From: Flavobacteriales bacterium
GTDB taxonomy: Bacteria > Bacteroidota > Bacteroidia > Palsa-965
Direction: 5' to 3'
Length of the DNA stretch: 64,000 nucleotides
Assembly (NCBI GenBank): GCA_040377305.1
Contig: JBEIPA010000003.1
Span: 1 to 64,000 of the forward strand
The position numbers and the translations under genes are program-made. Shown here piece by piece: positions 10,275 through 17,970 of the stretch; position 1 is the first letter of the stretch, and each line of letters starts with the position of its first letter. The notes under the pieces are model-generated. The model was not told the DNA's origin. It saw nothing but the letters and a program-made list of their open reading frames with translations, and did not search any database.

Positions 10275-11260
10275 TGGTGTCCGTAGTTAGGTGGTGGCGG
10301 TGGTGAGAATTGTACCGTGGTAAACGAAGTTGACATTACAAAGTCAATGGCGTGCTGAATACATTTTTCATTGATGTATTCATCCGGAACCTGCTTTCCG
10401 AACTTCACGAGATCGGCTGTGCGCAACACATGCTCAAGTTCAGAAGTTTTGTTTCCGCTATCGGGCATACGGCGTAAACGCATCATGATCTGATAGGTCG
10501 TCATCTCCATTGCGGAGAAGTGGAATCGATCAACTACCCAGCCGCGCATGAGTTCTGTAAGTGCAGTGTAATGTCCTTTTGTATTTCCATCGCGCCATGG
10601 TTTCTTAATTGCCATGTCATTCAACTGCTGCAATATGCGTTCGTGTGGAAGCAAGACGTGTCCGACAGGTTGCGGAATAATTTCAATTGCCTTTTTCTTC
10701 CTGCGATTGAGGAAGAAGAAAACTAATCCTGCAGCGAGAAGCAATCCGCCGCCAATCCACCACCAAATAGAAATCGAACTTTCATCCGAATCGGGTGGAG
10801 GAGGAGGAACGTCGAAAATACCAGCAATGGGACGAATTGGTTTAGACGTGTCCGTTGGGACCGTATTCACATACAATTCCATAGTTTGCGTCCACACGGT
10901 GTCTTGATTCACTACGAATGGAACAGGAGGAATCACCCACAGACCTGAATCGAAACAAGTGATTTCCCATCTGCACACTTGTTCGTACATCACCGATGCG
11001 CGATCAACTAGCTTGACAGAGACCGTGTCTTGCTTTGCAATTTCAATCGGGTATGCCAGTGAGTCGCTTATGATTGGCCACACCACACTAGCTTTCGCTG
11101 TGCCCTCGGTGTAACGAACCGCAAGCTTTAATGTGCATCGTTCGCCAATACGAATGGCATAACGATCAAGAATGGCTTCGCAGGTTGCGTTTTGAGCAAA
11201 GAGTGATTCTGCCGAACTGAAGATCAGCAGAAGGAAAAAGATATGTCTGATTTTTTTCAT
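10271..11260 (-). CDS. Conserved bat-operon membrane protein
   Basis: Signal peptide, central TM, AMEMTT and ADLVKF motifs; lies between the DUF58 gene and batA. Confidence 0.75.
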   Translation of the reverse strand: MKKIRHIFFLLLIFSSAESLFAQNATCEAILDRYAIRIGERCTLKLAVRYTEGTAKASVVWPIISDSLAYPIEIAKQDTVSVKLVDRASVMYEQVCRWEITCFDSGLWVIPPVPFVVNQDTVWTQTMELYVNTVPTDTSKPIRPIAGIFDVPPPPPDSDESSISIWWWIGGGLLLAAGLVFFFLNRRKKKAIEIIPQPVGHVLLPHERILQQLNDMAIKKPWRDGNTKGHYTALTELMRGWVVDRFHFSAMEMTTYQIMMRLRRMPDSGNKTSELEHVLRTADLVKFGKQVPDEYINEKCIQHAIDFVMSTSFTTVQFSPPPPPNYGHQ

Positions 11261-12135
11261 CCGCCCTTCTTTTCTCTCTTGCGAAAAATCTTAGACAGCT
11301 TACGGATGTAATTGTCCCCGGTTGTGATGTGCGCAAAATCAATTCCGCACTTCTGGAATAGATCATCTAAGAAGTGACGATGCATTCCGGCGGTGCGTGC
11401 AAACTTATTTCGTGCCGCTTCACTCGACGTGTCGATCCACGTAAGCTCACCGGTTTCCATATCTGCCATTTGAACGAGTCCGATTGAAGGAAGCTCGCGT
11501 TCACGGCGATCATAAATATTTAATGCAATTACATCATGACGACGAGCGGCAATCTGCAGCGCTTTTTCGAACGTGCCAGCCATGAAATCGGAAACAACGA
11601 AGGTGATGCAACGGTGTTTTGTCATGTTGTTGAAATACTCGAGCGCAGATTCCAGATCTGTTCCGCGTCCTTTCGGTTCGATGACAATGCACTCGCGGAT
11701 AATTCGCAGAATATGTGAACGTCCTTTCTTGGGCGGAATGAATTTCTCCACTTTGTCGCTGAAGAAAAGTACACCGGCGTTATCGTTGTTGTAAATGGCA
11801 GAGAAGGCAAGCACTGCAGCGATTTCTGTCATCAGATCTTTTTTGTCCTGCACAGTAGTTCCGAATTGTCCGGACTTACTGATATCGACAAGAATCATAA
11901 CACTGAGTTCGCGTTCTTCTTCGAAAATCTTTACGAAGGTGTTGTTGAATCGTGCAGTTACATTCCAGTCTATTGTACGGATATCATCACCCGCCTGATA
12001 TTCCCTTACTTCGGAGAATTTCATGCCGCGGCCTTTGAACGCGCTATGATACGCCCCGGTAAAGACCTGGTTGGTTAGTCCGCGCGCTTTGAGTTCAATT
12101 CGCCGTACTTTTTCTATGATTTCCGATTCTGTCAT
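11257..12135 (-). CDS. DUF58 family protein (MoxR partner)
   Basis: FSEVREYQAGDDIRTIDWNVTAR, VKIFEEERE, DISKSG. Confidence 0.93.
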   Translation of the reverse strand: MTESEIIEKVRRIELKARGLTNQVFTGAYHSAFKGRGMKFSEVREYQAGDDIRTIDWNVTARFNNTFVKIFEEERELSVMILVDISKSGQFGTTVQDKKDLMTEIAAVLAFSAIYNNDNAGVLFFSDKVEKFIPPKKGRSHILRIIRECIVIEPKGRGTDLESALEYFNNMTKHRCITFVVSDFMAGTFEKALQIAARRHDVIALNIYDRRERELPSIGLVQMADMETGELTWIDTSSEAARNKFARTAGMHRHFLDDLFQKCGIDFAHITTGDNYIRKLSKIFRKREKKGG

Positions 12136-12175
12136 TTATGATTTCGGCAATGTGACTTCAGATGTGGATTCCGGA

Positions 12176-13165
12176 TTAAGGAACCTGCACCACTGATATA
12201 ACTTCGTCAATCACCATGGAAGGTGTAATATTTTCTGCTTCTGCTTCGTAAGAAAGTCCAACGCGGTGACGTAACACATCATGTGCAATTGCACGAACAT
12301 CATCCGGAATTACAAACGCACGATGTTGTAAGAACGCGTACGACTTCGCCGCTTGTGCCAATGAAATGGAAGCACGTGGAGATCCACCGAACGTAATCAT
12401 CGGCGCCAGTTTCTGTAAACGGTATTCAGCCGGGAAACGTGTAGCGAAAACGAGATCAACGATGTATTTCTCGATTTTCTCATCGAGATAAACTTCGTGA
12501 ACTACGGAACGTGCACGCATAATTTCATCCTGCGACAAAACAGCTTTCGGCGTTTTCTTCACCGGATTCAGTTGCTGGCGGATGATATGTTGCTCTTCTT
12601 CTTTGGAAGGATATGTGATTACACACTTCAGCATGAAACGATCGACTTGCGCTTCAGGCAACGGATAAGTTCCTTCCTGTTCAATCGGGTTCATTGTTGC
12701 GAGTACGAGGAATGGTTCAGGAAGTTTGTACGTGGTGTCTCCAATAGTAACCTGACGTTCCTGCATCGCTTCGAGAAGAGCAGCCTGCACCTTTGCCGGA
12801 GCACGGTTGATCTCATCGGCGAGAACAAAATTGGCGAATATTGGTCCTTTGCGCACATTGAATTCCTGCTTGTGCATGTTATAGATCATCGTTCCTGTCA
12901 AATCTGCAGGAAGCAAATCGGGCGTGAACTGTAGTCGGCTGAAATCTGCCTGAATAGCTGCGGCGAGTGACTTTACAGCAAGTGTTTTCGCAAGACCCGG
13001 AACACCTTCGAGAAGGATGTGTCCGTTCGACAAAAGTGCGATCAACAATCTTTCGATCATTGTCTTTTGTCCTACGATAACGTTGTCTAATTCATTGTTG
13101 ATTTTGTCGACGAAAGCGCTTTCTTGTTTGATGCGCTCGGTAAGCTGTTGAAAGTCTTGATTCAT
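12176..13165 (-). CDS. moxR: MoxR family AAA+ ATPase (bat operon)
   Basis: GVPGLAKT, QFTPDLLPAD, DEINRAPAKVQ, EQEGTYPLPEAQVDRF. Confidence 0.95.
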   Translation of the reverse strand: MNQDFQQLTERIKQESAFVDKINNELDNVIVGQKTMIERLLIALLSNGHILLEGVPGLAKTLAVKSLAAAIQADFSRLQFTPDLLPADLTGTMIYNMHKQEFNVRKGPIFANFVLADEINRAPAKVQAALLEAMQERQVTIGDTTYKLPEPFLVLATMNPIEQEGTYPLPEAQVDRFMLKCVITYPSKEEEQHIIRQQLNPVKKTPKAVLSQDEIMRARSVVHEVYLDEKIEKYIVDLVFATRFPAEYRLQKLAPMITFGGSPRASISLAQAAKSYAFLQHRAFVIPDDVRAIAHDVLRHRVGLSYEAEAENITPSMVIDEVISVVQVP

Positions 13166-13184
13166 ATGAGTTTTGTCGTTGAAA

Positions 13185-13192
13185 CAAAGGTA
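13185..13192 (-). promoter_or_regulatory. -7 box (TACCTTTG) for the moxR-bat operon
   Basis: TAnnTTTG about 20 nt upstream of the moxR ATG. Confidence 0.6.
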
Positions 13193-13317
13193 ACCTAAGA
13201 GGCTGCTGAACAGGCGGAAGGGGTGAAAATATTTGTTAAGTGTTGGCCTGTGTTCAATAGTCGTTTTATCCTGAGATGAAAGTACGCCTGTAGGTACAAA
13301 TAACAGCGACCTTTAGC

Positions 13318-13325
13318 TAACTTTG
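13318..13325 (+). promoter_or_regulatory. -7 box (TAACTTTG) for truA
   Basis: TAnnTTTG; it contains the ORF-track TTG, so the real start is likely GTG 13338. Confidence 0.55.
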
Positions 13326-13337
13326 TCGCCACTTATC

Positions 13338-14108
13338 GTGTCACGCTACTTCATCCGTCTCGCTTACAAAGGCACAGCTTATCAGGGCTGGCAGGTTCAA
13401 CCTCATACGCCGCTTACCGTTCAGCATCAGCTCAATGATAAGTTGAGTATGATCTTACGTGAGCCGATTGAAGTGGTTGGTTGCGGAAGAACAGATAGCG
13501 GAGTTCATGCCCGCGATTATTTTGCTCACTTCGATTGTGCGACAAATCCGAAAGATCAGAAGGATTTCATTTATCACCTGAATGCTATTTTGCCCAAAGA
13601 CATTGCTGCGAAAGAGATTACATTGATGCCTGACAATGCACATGCGCGTTTTGATGCGATTTCGAGAACGTACGAGTATCATTTGCTCATTGGGAAAGAC
13701 GCATTCAATGATCATCAGGCGTGGGAAGTGCGCGAAGTTCCTGATGTGCTTGCAATGAACACTGCAGCCGATTACCTGACGCAGTGTGATGACTTCGCTT
13801 CGTTCTGCAAAGCAGGAGCAGATAATAAAACCACAAAGTGCAAGCTTACCGAAGCGTGGTGGATGCAACACGGGAATTATCTCGTTTTCACAATCACGGC
13901 AGATCGTTTTCTGAGAAATATGGTGCGCGCGATCGTAGGAACGCTGATGGATGTTGGTCGCGGAAAAATTACACTGAGTGATGTGGAGCAGATTGTAGCA
14001 TCGGGCGATCGTTCGGAAGCTGGTCAGTCGGTTCCTGCACATGGATTATATCTTACACGAATATTATATCCGATTCAATACAACGTGAACCAGGAGGATG
14101 TGCTATGA
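13338..14108 (+). CDS. truA: tRNA pseudouridine(38-40) synthase
   Basis: Y.GWQ.Q, GRTDSGVHA, HARFDA..RTYEY, FLRNMVRAIVG, AHGLYL. Confidence 0.96.
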   Translation: MSRYFIRLAYKGTAYQGWQVQPHTPLTVQHQLNDKLSMILREPIEVVGCGRTDSGVHARDYFAHFDCATNPKDQKDFIYHLNAILPKDIAAKEITLMPDNAHARFDAISRTYEYHLLIGKDAFNDHQAWEVREVPDVLAMNTAADYLTQCDDFASFCKAGADNKTTKCKLTEAWWMQHGNYLVFTITADRFLRNMVRAIVGTLMDVGRGKITLSDVEQIVASGDRSEAGQSVPAHGLYLTRILYPIQYNVNQEDVL

Positions 14109-15901
14109 GCAAGAGCAAAGAGCAGGGAAAGGCATTTGATTTCGGATTATTCAAACGAGTACTTGGTTATACGAAGCCTTACAAAGGGCTTTTCATCTTC
14201 GCGATTCTACTGACGATTTTCATGTCGTTCCTGGTAATCGTACGGCCATTGATGATACGCTATGTGCTGAACGATTTCGTTAAGGTTCCTACAGATCCGG
14301 CGAACCAAAGTTGGCTTGAATCGAATCTGTTATTGTTTACGATTATCATGATTTCACTGTTGTGCTTTGAAACCGTGATGCAATTCGTTGGTCAGTACAC
14401 GACAAGCTTGATGGGGCAGCGAATTGTTCGTGATATACGCACACAACTTCACAAGAAGATTCTCAGTTTTCGTTCCAAGTATTTCGACAACACGCCGATC
14501 GGTGCGCTTGTGACGCGCGTGATTTCCGATATCGAAGCGATCAATGATGTATTTACACAAGGATTTATTGTCATCGCAGGTGATTTACTCACGATCGTAG
14601 TTTACCTCGGAGCGATGTTATGGGTAAACTGGCAGGTAACACTTGTTGTGCTCACCACGATTCCCGTGATGTTCTTGTCTACATGGTGGTTTAAGAATGC
14701 GGTTAAGCAATCGTTCACGGATGTGCGCAATCAGGTTTCCCGTTTGAACACATTCGTGCAGGAACATATTACAGGTATGAAGATCGTTCAGGTTTTCAGC
14801 AGAGAAGAAGAAGAATTGAAGCGTTTCAAGGAAATTAATGCAAAGCACAGAGACGCGAATGTGAAATCGGTTTGGTATTACTCCGTGTTTTTTCCTGTAG
14901 TGGAAATTCTTGTCTCTGTTTCTTTAGGATTGCTGGTGTGGTATGCGGGCAAACAGATTTTCAATTTTCAGGCACAACCGGGTGATGTCACGTTGTTCGT
15001 TTTATTGATCAACCAGTTCTTCCGTCCGATTCGTATGCTGGCTGACCGTATCAATACGTTGCAAATGGGAATGGTTGCATCGGAACGTGTGTTCAAGATC
15101 ATGGATCAGGATGAAGTTATTTCGAATGATGGAATGATGTCGGCGCAGAATATCAATGGAAATATTCGCTTCAACGATGTTTGGTTTGCGTACAACAATG
15201 AAGATTACGTACTGAAAGGAATTTCATTCGACGTGAAAGCTGGAGAAACGCTTGCACTGGTTGGATCAACGGGTTCCGGAAAGAGTTCCATTATCAATTT
15301 GCTGGGACGATTCTACGAATACAACAAAGGGGAAATCACGATTGATTCAACATCTATTCGTGAGTTTGAACTTTCTTCGTTGCGTAAAAACATTGGCGTT
15401 GTGTTGCAGGATGTTTTCCTTTTCTCGGGAAGTATTCTCAGTAATATCACCTTGGAAAATCCTGCAATTACACGGGAACAAGTGGAAGACGCGGCCAAAG
15501 CGGTTGGTGCACACGATTTTATCATGAAGCTTCCGGGCGGATATGATTTTGATGTGCGTGAACGTGGAGGAATGCTGAGTGTTGGTCAACGACAGCTTAT
15601 TGCGTTCATTCGGGTGTACGTTTACAATCCACGCATACTCGTGCTGGACGAAGCGACGTCGTCTATTGATACCGAATCAGAAATTCTCATTCAGAAAGCG
15701 ACAGAGGTTCTCACGAAAGGAAGAACTTCGGTTGTGATTGCACATCGTTTAGCGACGATTCAGAATGCGACAAATATTATGGTTATTGATCATGGACAGA
15801 TTGTAGAATCCGGATCGCACGATGAGTTGTTGAAGAAAGATGGTCCGTATAAGCGGTTGTTTGAGATGCAGTTTTCCAGGGAAGAGAAACTGGCCGGTTA
15901 A
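14105..15901 (+). CDS. ABC exporter, fused permease/ATP-binding protein
   Basis: Multi-TM domain, Walker A GSTGSGKS, signature LSVGQRQ, LDEATS, IAHRL. Confidence 0.94.
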   Translation: MSKSKEQGKAFDFGLFKRVLGYTKPYKGLFIFAILLTIFMSFLVIVRPLMIRYVLNDFVKVPTDPANQSWLESNLLLFTIIMISLLCFETVMQFVGQYTTSLMGQRIVRDIRTQLHKKILSFRSKYFDNTPIGALVTRVISDIEAINDVFTQGFIVIAGDLLTIVVYLGAMLWVNWQVTLVVLTTIPVMFLSTWWFKNAVKQSFTDVRNQVSRLNTFVQEHITGMKIVQVFSREEEELKRFKEINAKHRDANVKSVWYYSVFFPVVEILVSVSLGLLVWYAGKQIFNFQAQPGDVTLFVLLINQFFRPIRMLADRINTLQMGMVASERVFKIMDQDEVISNDGMMSAQNINGNIRFNDVWFAYNNEDYVLKGISFDVKAGETLALVGSTGSGKSSIINLLGRFYEYNKGEITIDSTSIREFELSSLRKNIGVVLQDVFLFSGSILSNITLENPAITREQVEDAAKAVGAHDFIMKLPGGYDFDVRERGGMLSVGQRQLIAFIRVYVYNPRILVLDEATSSIDTESEILIQKATEVLTKGRTSVVIAHRLATIQNATNIMVIDHGQIVESGSHDELLKKDGPYKRLFEMQFSREEKLAG

Positions 15902-15909
15902 TTTGTGGT

Positions 15910-15968
15910 TGTCTGCGACGCTTTACACGGCGACTCTGCGAAACGGAGAAAGTGTTTCCTAATCTAAA
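15910..15968 (+). repeat. Degenerate left-end fragment of the MITE at 27241-27422
   Basis: tgtctgcgacgctttacacggcgactctgcgaaacggagaaagtgtttcc aligns with tgcctgcggcgcttaccacggcgaaacggggaaacggagaaatgtgtttc. Confidence 0.72.
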
Positions 15969-16002
15969 CCCATTGCGGCACGGAGGATTGCCCAAGCAAT
16001 CT

Positions 16003-16962
16003 CTACGTTTGCTTCATTACAAGCTCAGGCAACTCCACTTTCTCCATTTCATTGATCATTCTTAAATCAAGCAATGTTTTTCCATTCTCCTGTTGCTTGA
16101 ACATCGGCAGGAACTTCGCGCCGATAATTATTTCAGAAGCGCGATACGATGTGCGCGAATAAACGGTTTGAGAGAATGTATCGTCGAATGCTTTTAAGAT
16201 AACGAAGATTTCGAGATTCATCTTGTGAAGCTCTTCCGAAGTTCTGCCGTGCAGCGGACTATTTTCGTCAATGGGATGAACAACGGTCCAGCTTGTTGGG
16301 AACAATGCAATCTTCTTTCTTTCCAACGTAAGCTGAACAAATGATCGTGTTGTTTCCCCAGGTTCTGTGTAACCCATGTTTACTTCCACTTCTGTTTCTA
16401 TGAGCTGATTGCGACGCATGTTCGTGAGTCGGAACATCAAGCCAGTGAATTCACGATATGGAGCAATGACAGCATTGTCGCTGTACAAGAGTTTTGACTG
16501 TGGTCGGGAAAATCTTCCGTATAGCAAACCAGTGGCGAGTGCGAAACCAAGTAGTCCGATCATTGCCTCGATGGAAGAAACTGTGCTTGCGAGATAACCG
16601 ACAGGAGCAATTCGTCCGTAACCGACGGTCGTCAATGTTTGGGAGCTGAAGAAGAATACTTCCATGAATTTTTCTCCTTCGTGCATGTGCGAAGTGTCCA
16701 TGGATAGCTTCTCGGGGCCCATGATATAATAAATGCCCGCGAAGATGAAATTGACTACCGTGTAGCTGAAGAAAATCAGGAAAATGAATTTCCCCCACGA
16801 CATGGTGATGAGACGGTGATAGATTTCGTAGTGGCGATACTTTGGCTCACCCGCGCGCTCGACGTTAAACGTGCCGTCTTTGTTCATTGCACGGTTCGAC
16901 GTATTGAATTTGCCGAAGCCGAGGTCGTTGTCGTTGGAGTTGATCTTATTTTTTTTTGCCAT
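16003..16962 (-). CDS. Inward-rectifier-type (KirBac) potassium channel
   Basis: Two TMs, filter TLTTVGYG, RFSRP, WTVVHPIDENSPL cytoplasmic domain. Confidence 0.92.
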   Translation of the reverse strand: MAKKNKINSNDNDLGFGKFNTSNRAMNKDGTFNVERAGEPKYRHYEIYHRLITMSWGKFIFLIFFSYTVVNFIFAGIYYIMGPEKLSMDTSHMHEGEKFMEVFFFSSQTLTTVGYGRIAPVGYLASTVSSIEAMIGLLGFALATGLLYGRFSRPQSKLLYSDNAVIAPYREFTGLMFRLTNMRRNQLIETEVEVNMGYTEPGETTRSFVQLTLERKKIALFPTSWTVVHPIDENSPLHGRTSEELHKMNLEIFVILKAFDDTFSQTVYSRTSYRASEIIIGAKFLPMFKQQENGKTLLDLRMINEMEKVELPELVMKQT

Positions 16963-16964
16963 TG

Positions 16965-17831
16965 CTATTCGGAGAAGTAGTTTCTTGTAACCTGGAAAAT
17001 GATGAAGAGTCCATCGAGCACTGCCACGTAAGCAAAAATGCGCTTTAAATTAAGTTTGGGAATTTTAGATGCAATATATGGACCCATCCGGCCACCCCAC
17101 AAGCAACCGAGCATGGTAAAAATTGCCATATCCCATGGAACTCCACCGAAATATAACGCGTGAATCAGTGCGAGTGCAATTGAGTTCACGGAAAGAAGCA
17201 CTACACCCAGTCCGATAGATTTGTTTGCAGTCAATCCATAAGCAAGCATACAGAATGCGGCAATGATTTCACCTTCTCCAATTGCAACCCAACCGGTGAT
17301 CAGTCCGCCAAGAACAGAAAGGAGGAACACGGGAATCATTGCACGCTGCGGAAGTGTATCGAGTGTCCCTTTTCTTTGCATTGTAATGAGTGTGAGAACA
17401 CCTACAAGAAGTGAAATTGGTCCGAACAGTGTTTTGACAATTACCGGAGAAGGATGAAAAGCGAAAGTGGAGATGGCGCTTCCCAGCAGGAGTGATGGAA
17501 TTGTCCATTTCAATAGTTTCAACGGAACTTCTTTTCGTTGAAGCCAACCAGAAGCTCCGCTGGTCATGCCGATTGCCTGACTAACGAAAGCAAGTTTGAG
17601 TGATGTTACAGGATCGACATGATATACGAACATCAGAACCGGAATGAAGACAATTCCGCCACCGATTGCAGTAATGTTCCCGATTATTGCGCCAATGAAT
17701 CCAACCAGAATCAGAATTCCGTATTCAGAGAATATTTTTCCCGGATCGGGGAATGCATAAAGAAAAATTACGAGCCAGATAGCTGTCGCGGCGAGTAGCC
17801 AGGGAGAAAGGTATCGGAACGAGAAATTCAC
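16965..17831 (-). CDS. TauE/SafE family (sulfite exporter-like) membrane protein
   Basis: Multi-TM with two Gly-rich repeats (IGGGIVFIP, AIGEGEII). Confidence 0.82.
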   Translation of the reverse strand: MNFSFRYLSPWLLAATAIWLVIFLYAFPDPGKIFSEYGILILVGFIGAIIGNITAIGGGIVFIPVLMFVYHVDPVTSLKLAFVSQAIGMTSGASGWLQRKEVPLKLLKWTIPSLLLGSAISTFAFHPSPVIVKTLFGPISLLVGVLTLITMQRKGTLDTLPQRAMIPVFLLSVLGGLITGWVAIGEGEIIAAFCMLAYGLTANKSIGLGVVLLSVNSIALALIHALYFGGVPWDMAIFTMLGCLWGGRMGPYIASKIPKLNLKRIFAYVAVLDGLFIIFQVTRNYFSE

Positions 17832-17838
17832 CGGGGCG

Positions 17839-17953
17839 ATGATGGGATTATAGGATGATTAGATTATCGGATGGGTCTGTGGTTGAAATTGAAATCAAGG
17901 TAGTAATTAGCAAGGTGCAATGCTATCATCCGATCATTCAATCATCCAATCAT
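17839..17953. repeat. Inverted pair of degenerate 8-mer tandem arrays
   Basis: atgatggg-attatagg-atgattag-attatcgg ... atcatccg-atcattca-atcatcca-atcat. Confidence 0.7.
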
Positions 17954-17970
17954 TAGCCGACTGGTTCTGA

